Positions 48,197 to 57,768 of a stretch of DNA of 64,000 bases are shown in pieces (the stretch's first letter is position 1; the number at the start of each line of letters is the position of its first letter). The stretch is from NCBI GenBank assembly GCA_965216755.1, contig CBDCGL010000011.1, positions 3,648,001 through 3,712,000 of the forward strand, in the 5' to 3' direction. Both the position numbers and the translations under genes were made by a program. A model generated the notes under the pieces. That model saw nothing but the letters and a program-made list of their open reading frames with translations. It had not been told where the DNA came from and made no database searches. The DNA comes from Alphaproteobacteria bacterium. Lineage in GTDB: Bacteria; Pseudomonadota; Alphaproteobacteria; UBA7887.

Positions 48197-49525
48197 CTAG
48201 CCCCCGTACACAAGACTCGGCAACCAGGTGATGATGCCCGGAAAGGCCATGCACAGGGCCAACGCCACAACCTGCAAGGCCAAAAATGGCAACGCCGCTT
48301 TGAAAATGTCGACCATCGGGATCTCCGGCGGCGCCACGCCGCGCAAATAGAACAACGCATAACCGAATGGCGGTGACAGAAACGACATCTGCATGTTGAC
48401 CAAATAGAGAACGCCAAACCATAGAGGGTCGAAACCGAGCTGCTTGATGATCGGCACAAAGATCGGCACGCACAGCAACAGAATGCCCACCCAATCAAGA
48501 AACATGCCCAACGCGACCAGGATCACCTGCATGATAATCAGAATGCCCCAGCGGTTGAGGCCAGTGCCTTGCAAGGCGTCGGCGACAAATTGTTGGCCGC
48601 CTTCGACCACATAGAGGCCGACGAACACGGTCGCGCCAAATATGATCCACAGCACCATCGCCGAGGCTTTCAGTGTTGTCAGAGAGGCCTCGCGGACAGT
48701 GATCCAATCGAGCCGGCGATGCAGCGCGGCCACCACAAACGACCCGAAGGTGCCGATGCCGGCGGCCTCCACCGGCGTCGCCACGCCCGTGAAAATTACA
48801 CCAAGCACCAGGGCGATCAGCACGATCGGTGCCAACATGCTGCCGAGCAAACGCAACTTCTCGCGAAGATCGACGCGTTCTTCGGGCGGCAAGGCCGGGC
48901 CCATGTCAGGATTGACAAAGCATCGCAGCGAGACATAGGCGATATACATGCCCGAAAGCATCAGCCCGGGCACGACCGAGCCGATGAACAGCTCGCCGAC
49001 CGACTGTTCGGCCACCACGGCGTAGATGATTGCCAGAATGCTGGGCGGGATCAGAATCCCCAGGGTGCCGCCGGCCATGATTGCACCCATGGCGATTTTG
49101 GGCTCGTAATTGCGCGCCAGCATGGATGGCAACGCGATAATGCCCATCGTCACCACGGCCGCGCCGATCACGCCCACCATCGCGGCCAAAATGGTCGATG
49201 CGAAAATTGTTGCGCTCGCAAGGCCGCCGCGCAGGCCCCCCAATAATTTGTAGATGACGTCGAACATCTCGCGGATCAGGCCGGCGCGTTCCAGCATCGC
49301 CGCCATAAATATGAATAGCGGAATTGCCGACAGCTGATAGTCAGTCATCAGCGGAAAAATTCGCGACGGCACGATGTTCAACATCTGCGCATCGCCGAGA
49401 ATGAACAAGAACGTGCAGGCCAAACCGCCTGTCACGAAGGCCAGCGGTAGGCCCGCCATCAACAGCACCAACAGGCTGCCGAACATCAACAGGGTCAGCC
49501 AGCCGATTGGGATTTCCAGGCCCAT
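48197..49525 (-). CDS. TRAP large permease DctM
   Basis: AIPLFIFMA, GGTLGILIPPS, ATPVEAA, SPPFGYALFYLRG. Confidence 0.93.
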   Translation of the reverse strand: MGLEIPIGWLTLLMFGSLLVLLMAGLPLAFVTGGLACTFLFILGDAQMLNIVPSRIFPLMTDYQLSAIPLFIFMAAMLERAGLIREMFDVIYKLLGGLRGGLASATIFASTILAAMVGVIGAAVVTMGIIALPSMLARNYEPKIAMGAIMAGGTLGILIPPSILAIIYAVVAEQSVGELFIGSVVPGLMLSGMYIAYVSLRCFVNPDMGPALPPEERVDLREKLRLLGSMLAPIVLIALVLGVIFTGVATPVEAAGIGTFGSFVVAALHRRLDWITVREASLTTLKASAMVLWIIFGATVFVGLYVVEGGQQFVADALQGTGLNRWGILIIMQVILVALGMFLDWVGILLLCVPIFVPIIKQLGFDPLWFGVLYLVNMQMSFLSPPFGYALFYLRGVAPPEIPMVDIFKAALPFLALQVVALALCMAFPGIITWLPSLVYGG

Positions 49526-49528
49526 CGG

Positions 49529-50668
49529 TCAAGCCGCTCCGCGCGTGACGATCAGAACGTCCTTGGACAGTTTGGCCAGGCCTTGTAGCAGGATAAGCAC
49601 CGCGCCCAACGCAATGGTTGCCTTGACCGGCCAATACTGAATCGCCCATTCGGTAAATGACACTTCCCAGACGCCGACCGCGTCCATCAAAAAGGTCCAG
49701 CCCGTGACCAGCAACGTGCCGGCGAAGATGAAAAAGAACAGTGACGTCAAGATATCGACCAGCGCCTTGCCGCGCGGCGACCAACGGGCATAGAACACAT
49801 CGACACGGACATGCGAGTCGCTCATATAGGCGTAGGCGCCCGAGATCAGATATTGCATGCCGAACATCAGAAACATGGATTCGTGCACCCAGTTGGTTGG
49901 CGAATTGAAAATGTAGCGGGCGACGACTTCGTAGTAATAGGCGAACACCGCCAGCACCGACCAATAGGCAACAAACTCGCCGCTCCACCCGCTGAGCCGT
50001 TCGATGACCGCGGCCAGCCGCGTCGAGACATCTAGGGCCGGATCCTCACCCGTGCCGGCAACTTGCTCGATGGGTTCGGGTTCGGGCGCCCGCGCCGGGC
50101 TCGCCCGTTCTCGTGCTTGGCAGCGACGCGTCAAGCGCGGCAACAGAACCGCGTCGATGATCAGAAGCACGGCGATCGCCAGGGCGAGCCAGCTCGCCGT
50201 GCTGGTCCATTGGGCGAAGGCCGCGGTGCTATCGGCGAATACGTTTCGGGCGCTTTCCAGGGCGGCGCGCGCGGCCTCTGCCTGCGCGGCGGCCCCGTCA
50301 GCCCCTTCGGCGACCGCTTTCTCCGCCCGCTCGACATCGAATTCGGCGATCATCACATCGGATTCGGCCAGCGACCGGGTTTCGCGAGCGCCGGCGGCCC
50401 GTGTGTTCGCAACCAAAATACCGATAAACGGCGGTAGATAAACCAGCCCCAGCAGGCTGCGCAGATAAAAGCGGTGGATACCAACAAATCCCGCCGTCAG
50501 CCAAAGCATATAGGCCAACGGCAAAGTTGCCAGGTCGCGGCGGCCGGCCCGGCGCTGGCGACCGACCAAGGCCATCGCGGCCAGGGGAAAGAAAATCAGA
50601 CCGGCCCAATAGAGCCAGTGCGGCAAAACGAAACTCAGGTCGGGCATCGTCGCCCCCAGCACCGACAT
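49529..50668 (-). CDS. TRAP small permease DctQ with an N-terminal TM2-domain/coiled-coil extension
   Basis: C-terminal DctQ (YEVVARYIFNSPTNWVHE, HVRVDV). N-terminal AYMLWL..GFVGIHRFYL TM2-like motif. Start may be 50647. Confidence 0.85.
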   Translation of the reverse strand: MSVLGATMPDLSFVLPHWLYWAGLIFFPLAAMALVGRQRRAGRRDLATLPLAYMLWLTAGFVGIHRFYLRSLLGLVYLPPFIGILVANTRAAGARETRSLAESDVMIAEFDVERAEKAVAEGADGAAAQAEAARAALESARNVFADSTAAFAQWTSTASWLALAIAVLLIIDAVLLPRLTRRCQARERASPARAPEPEPIEQVAGTGEDPALDVSTRLAAVIERLSGWSGEFVAYWSVLAVFAYYYEVVARYIFNSPTNWVHESMFLMFGMQYLISGAYAYMSDSHVRVDVFYARWSPRGKALVDILTSLFFFIFAGTLLVTGWTFLMDAVGVWEVSFTEWAIQYWPVKATIALGAVLILLQGLAKLSKDVLIVTRGAA

Positions 50669-50746
50669 TTCCGAAACGCCTCGGTCGCCGTCGGTGACGA
50701 CCGAGGACCGATATCATCACGCCATGTGTTCGAATGGAACGTCAGA

Positions 50747-51889
50747 TCATGACCATTTCAGCGATTCGCCTTGGATCATTTCCGGTGTCACATAACCCAA
50801 GCTGCCGGACATCATATAGTCGAGCTGGATTTTGAACACGCGCGCGGCGTTCTCGTCTTTGTTGGCCCACGCAAACCAGCGCGGGATCGCCAGACGGGTG
50901 AACTTGTCGACGTCCGCTTCGGCGAGGCGCGTGACGATGGTGCCCGCTTCTTCGAACTTCTGCCACGCATCCTGGTCGGCTTTTTGAATCGCGGCGTGAT
51001 GCATGTCGGAGTAGACATGCACTTCCATTTCCAAGAACTGCTGCATTTGCGGCGATAGGTCGTTCCACGCGTCCATGCCGACGGTCAGATCCATCAGGTC
51101 GACCGGCTGATACAACGACATGAACCCGGGCGGCCCCATTGAAATAAAGCGGGTCACTTGGTGAAAGCCGAGCGCGTGGTTGACCGCCGGGCCGACATAG
51201 TCGGCGACATCGATGGTGCCCTTTTCCAAGGCGGGAAAGATTTCCGAACCCGGCAGCAATGTTGTCTTGGCACCGGCGGCCTGGAAAACCTCGGCGACCA
51301 TGCCGCCAGGCAAGCGCATTTTGCGGCCGGCGAAATCCTCGATCGACCGGATCGGCACCTTGGAATGGATGATGTTGGGACCATGGTGAATCGGCCCAAC
51401 GTAATGCATCCGTTGCTGCGCAAACAATTCGCGTGCCAGTTCCAGCCCGCCCAGGCCATAATAGAATACATCCCATTCATGCGGATTGCGCAGGCCTAGG
51501 GGATAGGACGTCAGGAATACCGACGCCGGCATGCGCCCGGCCCAATAAATCGTGAACGGATTCATGGCTTGCAGCACGCCGTTCTTGACCGCGTCGAACA
51601 ATTGAAAATCACCAACCACGTCTTTGGCGCCGAAAGGTTGAAAGGCCAGCTCGCCACCGGTTTTCTCAACAATGCTCGCGCACCAGTCCTTGAAGATTTG
51701 CAGACCGATACCGCCGGGCCACGACGTTTGGACCTTCCACGTCGTGGTTTGGGCCTTGGCGGTGCCGACAAAGGGCATGGCGACGCTGGCCGCCGCACCC
51801 GCGGCGACCGCTGACCCACGCAAAAAACGGCGCCGGCTGTGGTCTGCTGCCGGCGATGGGTGCTTGGGGCTTCGCGCCTCTTTGTTCAT
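50747..51889 (-). CDS. TRAP substrate-binding protein DctP (Tat signal)
   Basis: SRRRFLRG, WKVQTSW, GRKMRLPGG, ALEKGTIDVADYVGP. Confidence 0.92.
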   Translation of the reverse strand: MNKEARSPKHPSPAADHSRRRFLRGSAVAAGAAASVAMPFVGTAKAQTTTWKVQTSWPGGIGLQIFKDWCASIVEKTGGELAFQPFGAKDVVGDFQLFDAVKNGVLQAMNPFTIYWAGRMPASVFLTSYPLGLRNPHEWDVFYYGLGGLELARELFAQQRMHYVGPIHHGPNIIHSKVPIRSIEDFAGRKMRLPGGMVAEVFQAAGAKTTLLPGSEIFPALEKGTIDVADYVGPAVNHALGFHQVTRFISMGPPGFMSLYQPVDLMDLTVGMDAWNDLSPQMQQFLEMEVHVYSDMHHAAIQKADQDAWQKFEEAGTIVTRLAEADVDKFTRLAIPRWFAWANKDENAARVFKIQLDYMMSGSLGYVTPEMIQGESLKWS

Positions 51890-52060
51890 GGCAATGTCCT
51901 CCCGGATCGGTCTGTGTTGGTCTTGCGCAAACGTGGTACGCGTGGCCGGCATGGCTGTCGGTCCGTGTGATTGGCGCAATTGTGGCTGTCGGCGCGAACA
52001 TTGTCGACCACGCCGTTCCCCGCGTAACATAGCTGCCGTCGACTGGTGCCGGAGACTTGG

Positions 52061-53227
52061 ATGTACACAGACTTCACCGCGGAGCAATTGCAGATCCGCG
52101 ACGCAATCGCACGCATTTGCGCGCGTTTCGACGACACCTATTGGCTGACCTGCGACCGCGAGGCTGCGTTTCCCGATGCATTCACCAAGGCCTTGGCAGA
52201 CGACGGTTGGCTAGGTATCGCCATGCCGGAATCTTTTGGCGGTGCCGGCCTGGGCGTGACCGAGGCGGCGATTATGATGCAGACTATCGCCGAATCCGGT
52301 GCGGCGATGAGTGGCGCGTCGGCTGTCCATTTGAACGTTTTCGGCCCCAATCCGATCGTCGTGTTTGGCACCGAAGACCAAAAGCGGCGTATGCTGCCAC
52401 CCCTTATTCGTGGCGAACAACGATCGTGTTTCGGGGTTACGGAACCCGACGTCGGTTTGGATACCACGCGTTTGAAGACGCGCGCCCGCCGCGACGGCGA
52501 TCGCTATATCGTCGATGGCCGAAAGGTGTGGACGTCGACCGCGCAACGGGCCGACAAGATCTTGTTGATCGCGCGCACGACGCCGCTGGAGGACTGTGCG
52601 CGGCCCGCCGACGGATTGACGCTGTTCTATACGGATTTGGATCGCCGCTATGTCGATGTGCGCGAGATCGCGAAAATGGGTCGGGCCGCGGTCGACAGCA
52701 ACGAGCTGTTTATTGATGGCCTGCCGGTTCCCGTGGACGATCGGATCGGCGATGAAGGTCAGGGCTTGCCGTGTTTGATCCATGGCCTCAACCCAGAACG
52801 CGTGTTGATCGGTGCCGAGGCAGTCGGCATCGGTCGCGTGGCGCTGCAGCGGGCCAGTCGCTATGCCGGCGAGCGCGTGGTCTTTGGTCGGCCCATCGGC
52901 CAAAACCAGGGCATCCAGCATCCATTGGCAGAGAGCTGGGCGGAATTGGAAGCCGCCGACCTGATGGTGTTCAAGGCGGCGGCATTGTATGACGCCGGCA
53001 AGCCCTGTGGCCTGGAGGCCAATGCCGGTAAGTTCCTTGCCGCGCGCGCCGGATTTCGTGCCTGTGAGCGGGCAATGCTGACCCATGGTGGCTACGGCTA
53101 TGCGCGCGAATTCCAGGTCGAACGCTATATGCGCGAGCAATGGATCAACCGCATCGCGCCGGTGACCGAACAAATGATCTTGTCTTATATCGCGGAGCGC
53201 GCGCTGGGCTTGCCGAAGTCGTATTAG
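52061..53227 (+). CDS. Acyl-CoA dehydrogenase
   Basis: FGVTEPDVGLDT, GRKVWTS, GLNPER, RVVFGRPIGQNQ, HGGYGYAREFQVER. Confidence 0.93.
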   Translation: MYTDFTAEQLQIRDAIARICARFDDTYWLTCDREAAFPDAFTKALADDGWLGIAMPESFGGAGLGVTEAAIMMQTIAESGAAMSGASAVHLNVFGPNPIVVFGTEDQKRRMLPPLIRGEQRSCFGVTEPDVGLDTTRLKTRARRDGDRYIVDGRKVWTSTAQRADKILLIARTTPLEDCARPADGLTLFYTDLDRRYVDVREIAKMGRAAVDSNELFIDGLPVPVDDRIGDEGQGLPCLIHGLNPERVLIGAEAVGIGRVALQRASRYAGERVVFGRPIGQNQGIQHPLAESWAELEAADLMVFKAAALYDAGKPCGLEANAGKFLAARAGFRACERAMLTHGGYGYAREFQVERYMREQWINRIAPVTEQMILSYIAERALGLPKSY

Positions 53228-53269
53228 AGCCGTGTCCGGCAGAATGGTTCAATATTGTCGCATACTGCT

Positions 53270-54478
53270 CTAAGTGTCGGTGTCGTCGTCGGCGACGACG
53301 ACGGCATTGTCGATCAGCGCGGCGATCTCGTCCTCGCCGAAGCCGCATGCGGCCAAAACGTCGCGCGTGTCGGCGCCACGATAGGGCGGCGAGCTGCGCG
53401 CCGCCCCCGGAGTGCGGCTCATTTTGACCGGCACACCGATTCCCCGATAGTTGCCAAGTTCCACCAACATCTTCTGATGGCGGATTTGGGGATGGTCCAG
53501 GACCTCGGGAATTTCGAGAACCGGACCGGCGGGGATGCCCTCGGCCAACAGATGCTCGGCCAAGGCGACGCCATCGCGCGCGGCCAGCAGTTGGGCCAAC
53601 GCGGCAGATAAGGCGGCGCGGTTCTCGACCCGTTTGGCGTTGGTGGCGAAGCGCGGATCGTCGGCCAATTCCGGCGCCCCCAACGCGGCGACAAAGCGCC
53701 CAAATTGGCGGTCATTGCCGATCGCGGTGAAGATCAGACCGTTTTTGGTTTCAAACAGCTCATAGGGGGAAATGTTGGGATGGGCGTTGCCGGTGCGTCG
53801 CGGACGTTGGCCGCTCATCAGATAGTTTGCGCCATGCGGGTGCAACAGGCTGACCGAACAGTCGAGTAGGGAGACATCAACCTGTTGGCCGCGCCCAGAC
53901 CGTTCGCGTTCCCACAGCGCCATCATCACCGCATTGGCGGCGTACAGTCCGGTCGACAGATCGGAAATCGGCGCACCGACCCGAAATGGCGGTCCGTCGG
54001 CGGCACCATTGATGCTGACCAGGCCACTCATCACTTGCGCCACCGCATCATAGCCGGGCATGCCCGCATAGGGGCCGCTGGCGCCATAGCCGGTGATCCG
54101 GCAATAGACCAGCTTCGGGAAACGTGCTTCGAGGATCTCGCTGTAGCCAAGCCCCCATCGCTCCATTTGGCCGGCCTTGAAGTTTTCGATCAGAACATCG
54201 GCGCCGTCCAGCATCCGCAGCAGCACCTCACGACCTGGCGCGCCCGACAGGTCCAAAGCGATCGAACGTTTGTTGCGATTGACGCCGGCAAAATACGCGC
54301 TTTGGCCGTCGCGAAAGGGCGGTCCCCAGGTGCGGGTGTCATCGCCGCGCGGCGGTTCGATCTTGATGATTTCGGCGCCATGGTCGCCGAGCATTTGGGT
54401 GCAAAAGGGTCCGGCCAAGATGCGCGACATATCGATGACGCGCAGGCCTTCGAGCGCGCCGCCGGATGGCTGAGTCAT
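53270..54478 (-). CDS. CaiB/BaiF (class III) CoA-transferase
   Basis: LAGPFCTQMLGDHGA, GDDTR, NRNKRS, PGYD, GNAHP. Confidence 0.93.
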   Translation of the reverse strand: MTQPSGGALEGLRVIDMSRILAGPFCTQMLGDHGAEIIKIEPPRGDDTRTWGPPFRDGQSAYFAGVNRNKRSIALDLSGAPGREVLLRMLDGADVLIENFKAGQMERWGLGYSEILEARFPKLVYCRITGYGASGPYAGMPGYDAVAQVMSGLVSINGAADGPPFRVGAPISDLSTGLYAANAVMMALWERERSGRGQQVDVSLLDCSVSLLHPHGANYLMSGQRPRRTGNAHPNISPYELFETKNGLIFTAIGNDRQFGRFVAALGAPELADDPRFATNAKRVENRAALSAALAQLLAARDGVALAEHLLAEGIPAGPVLEIPEVLDHPQIRHQKMLVELGNYRGIGVPVKMSRTPGAARSSPPYRGADTRDVLAACGFGEDEIAALIDNAVVVADDDTDT

Positions 54479-54492
54479 AACCGGTCGTTGAT

Positions 54493-55515
54493 CTAGGCGC
54501 CGACGACGCGGGTTTGGTCGTTCCGATCGGTCAGCAGCGCGCGCACATCGTCGTAAGACCCCACCAAATCGTCGGCGTCGCCGGCCGGTTGGACGAACAA
54601 CGCGGTCGACAAGGCATCGGCCAACGTCGCTGTCGGCGCGATGACGCTGACCGATCGAAACGCGTTGGCGCTGTGGCCGGTGGTCGGGTCAAACAAGTGA
54701 TGATGCGCGCCATCGACACTGAATCGGGTGCCATAACCACCCGAGGTCGCCACCGCCTGATCTTCCAGGTCGACGGTTTGGCCATAGTGGTCCGGACGAT
54801 CCGGATCGGCCAAGCCGATGCGCCACGGCCTGTGCTCGGGGTGGGCGCCAACCGCCCTGTGTTCGCCCAGGTCGAGCAACACATGGTCGATGCCGGCGGC
54901 GCGCATGAGATCGGAGACCCGGTCGGTGATATATCCCTGGGCGATGCCATTCATGGTGATGGCCATTCCCGGCGCGCCGAACCGCACCGCACGCCGATCA
55001 ACGGAAATGGCGCGATAGTCGACCTTTGCCAGCGCCGCGCGCAGCGCAACGTCAGAGGGACCGTTTTGCGCCTTTGGATGATCGGAAAAATGCCGGGCGT
55101 AAAGGTCCCAGACAGGTTGTACGGAGATGTCAAACGCGCCCCGAGAGCGCTCGGAAACGTCGTTGGCAGCCGTTAGGACCGCGCGCAAATCATCACTGGC
55201 ATCGTCGAGCCGGCCAGTGTCATTGAGACGCCGCACTTCGCTGGTCTCAACGTGCAAACTGAACACCGCTTCCAGTCGGGCAATTTCCGATTCGGCCTGT
55301 TGAAACAGCTTTTCGGCAGCCCGCTTATTCGGATGGGCAAGCGTAATACTGGCGAACGCGCCGAGCGCAACGCCGTGCCACTTGTGGATTGGCAGGTCGT
55401 GATGCGCGCCGGCGCGCAATGCCGGAATTGACGCGATGCCGGCCACGGCGCCAAACATCTGCAGCGTGCGCCGTCGTGAGAGTGAACTGACTTTAGGTGT
55501 CTGATGGCCTGTCAT
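54493..55515 (-). CDS. FAD:protein FMN transferase (ApbE/NosX-like, Tat-exported)
   Basis: SRRRTL Tat-like signal; GAFDISVQP, MNGIAQGYITD, ATSGGYG, HLFDP.TG, ADALSTA. Confidence 0.9.
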   Translation of the reverse strand: MTGHQTPKVSSLSRRRTLQMFGAVAGIASIPALRAGAHHDLPIHKWHGVALGAFASITLAHPNKRAAEKLFQQAESEIARLEAVFSLHVETSEVRRLNDTGRLDDASDDLRAVLTAANDVSERSRGAFDISVQPVWDLYARHFSDHPKAQNGPSDVALRAALAKVDYRAISVDRRAVRFGAPGMAITMNGIAQGYITDRVSDLMRAAGIDHVLLDLGEHRAVGAHPEHRPWRIGLADPDRPDHYGQTVDLEDQAVATSGGYGTRFSVDGAHHHLFDPTTGHSANAFRSVSVIAPTATLADALSTALFVQPAGDADDLVGSYDDVRALLTDRNDQTRVVGA

Positions 55516-55534
55516 TGTGTCTTTCCTCGGTTTC

Positions 55535-57640
55535 TCACGCTTTCGCTGCAGCGACTCTTTGGGTGGGCGCCGGTGCGGCCCCGATTCGCGCCAGCCGTGC
55601 CCGACGCGCATGCAGCGGCGGGCAAATCGCCGGATCGTGATAGTCGACTTGGCAATCCAAACATTGGAAACATTCGGTTGCCACAATGCCCCCCTCGGGT
55701 GCAATCGCCTGAAATCTACACCGCTCGGCGCATTTTTGGCACGACACACCACATTCCGGCCGGCGCTTGAGCCAGTCGATCAGGCGGATCCGCCCAAAGA
55801 TAGCGAATCCAGCGCCCAATGGGCAAAGGTAACGACAAAAAGCCCGTTCCAAAACGACGCCGATCGCCAAGATCGCCAATGCAAAGACAACATAGGGCCA
55901 CGCCCGGACCAAGTTTGCACCAAAGACCGTTCCGAAAGGTTCGATTTCGGTCGCCCTCGGCACCCGGTCGATGGCCAGGAACGAAAGTGCGACCAGGCCG
56001 ATGACCGCCAAATATTTCAGCGCCCACAAGCGCTCATTGACCGCGTAGGGCAGGCGGATTTGCGGTATGCGCAACTGGCGGGCGGCTTGGTTGATGAGCT
56101 CTTGCAGCGCGCCGAAAGGACAAAGCCAGCCGCAAAAGACACCGCGGCCCAGCAAAACAAGGCTCAGGGCCGCATACGCCGCCAGGATCACGATGACCGG
56201 TTGGGCCAACAACGGCTCGATCCCCGACAGGCGGAACGGCGCATTGAGCACACCGATCAAATGCATCACCGACAATTGGGTCCCCGCATACCAACCGATC
56301 CACAACACGGTAAACGTCAGGTAACCCAAGCGCAGCCATCGTTGCCACGGTCGGTGGCGCGCGATTTTGTCTTGGATGACCAGAAGGATGGTCAATGCGA
56401 TCAAGGCCACAACCAAAACGCCGATGCGTACAGGCTGGTTCATCCAGGCGGCAACCCAAAATGGCGCTGGTGCCGATGCCGGCGGGGTCAACAAATCGGG
56501 TCGGTTGTGGTCGATGGCCCCGGACGGCAGTGCGTACGGCAGGCCGAACGTTGTGGCCCCGCCGTCCATTGTTTGTGCGCGCAGACTGACCGACCAGGGC
56601 AGCGTCGGGTCGAAGTCTGCGCCCAGGTCAACGCGGATGATGCGACGGTAGGGTGGACGACCCGGCGCCACAAGATCTGTGCTGCTGATCGCCTCCGGCC
56701 CTGTTTCCGAAATGTCAAAAATCGAGGATCCCTGGCGAATCGCGAGCCGGGCGATCTCGATGCGGCCGGATTCAGCGGCCATGCGCGCCAAGCCACCACC
56801 CAGGGCGATCAACACCGTCCCCGCTGAGGGCGGCTTGTCCGTTGCCGAGGTCGCCAACAGAGCTTCCGCCAGGCCAGGTACGGCAAGCGGCGCAACCGCA
56901 ATATCGACAAATGGCGAATCACTGGGCCCGGCCATCATTGCGGTCTGTGCACCAGCACCCTGCCAGAGCGCCGCGGCGTCGCCATTGCTGACTCGCAACC
57001 GCTTGACCAGTCCCTGTTCGATCAGGCCGGTCCAATCGCTGGCGACATCAAAGGATGTTGACAGGGCGCGGATCGGCGGTGCGTTCGGATCGGGCAGATC
57101 CCGCGCGCGCGCCACCGCGAACGCGGCGCGATGGATTGCGTCGCGCATCAGCCGGACACTGATGCTGGCCCCGGACACCGAATCGGCGGCGGGTGGCTGG
57201 GCGTCATACGCACTTTCGCCGGCCATCGTGGCGGCCTGTCTGGCGAGATCCTCGACGGCGATCCATTTACCGACCGCTGGTTCGTTGTGGCCAATGAGCA
57301 GGGCGCCGGCGATACGGCCGTCACTGTCGACACCGGCAATGATGTCGAATGGGAGTCCGAGAAAGCCCGGCGCATCGACCACGTCGGCAACACGGAAAAG
57401 ATAGCCGACAGTATCGTCACCTTTACGGACGGGTGTCGCCGGCGGCCGGCCCTCTCTCTCGCCGGCGCGATCCGCCTCAGGGAACAGCGCGGCCACTTGG
57501 TCCGGCGTAAACCCGACCTTGTTCGGTTGCGCCGCGACCATTGTGACGTTGCTGATCGTCATCGCGAGTGCCGCGATGAGACAAGCGCGAAAATATCCAA
57601 TTCGGCGCCGCGAACGGCCGCACCCCGTCGTCGGTTTCAT
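55535..57640 (-). CDS. NosR/NirI-like FMN-binding, 4Fe-4S membrane protein
   Basis: FMN-binding motif DSVSGASIS, GRGVFCGWLCPFGALQEL, FCRYLCPLGA, CQKCAERC...ECFQCLDC. Start uncertain. Confidence 0.88.
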   Translation of the reverse strand: MKPTTGCGRSRRRIGYFRACLIAALAMTISNVTMVAAQPNKVGFTPDQVAALFPEADRAGEREGRPPATPVRKGDDTVGYLFRVADVVDAPGFLGLPFDIIAGVDSDGRIAGALLIGHNEPAVGKWIAVEDLARQAATMAGESAYDAQPPAADSVSGASISVRLMRDAIHRAAFAVARARDLPDPNAPPIRALSTSFDVASDWTGLIEQGLVKRLRVSNGDAAALWQGAGAQTAMMAGPSDSPFVDIAVAPLAVPGLAEALLATSATDKPPSAGTVLIALGGGLARMAAESGRIEIARLAIRQGSSIFDISETGPEAISSTDLVAPGRPPYRRIIRVDLGADFDPTLPWSVSLRAQTMDGGATTFGLPYALPSGAIDHNRPDLLTPPASAPAPFWVAAWMNQPVRIGVLVVALIALTILLVIQDKIARHRPWQRWLRLGYLTFTVLWIGWYAGTQLSVMHLIGVLNAPFRLSGIEPLLAQPVIVILAAYAALSLVLLGRGVFCGWLCPFGALQELINQAARQLRIPQIRLPYAVNERLWALKYLAVIGLVALSFLAIDRVPRATEIEPFGTVFGANLVRAWPYVVFALAILAIGVVLERAFCRYLCPLGAGFAIFGRIRLIDWLKRRPECGVSCQKCAERCRFQAIAPEGGIVATECFQCLDCQVDYHDPAICPPLHARRARLARIGAAPAPTQRVAAAKA

Positions 57641-57768
57641 ATCGTTGTGCGAACGTCGGCGATGCCGACGATGTCCTAATTCATTGCCAATCAAGTCGAC
57701 CAGGTGGCGACTCCGTATGGGCCGGAATGAAAACCGTATTTCCCTTTAAACGCAAGGGATAACGAGAC

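Noticed and set aside
55535-57640. Calling a denitrification (nos) cluster
   Set aside because: No nosZ, nosD, nosF, nosY or nosL in the window, so gene symbols were withheld.
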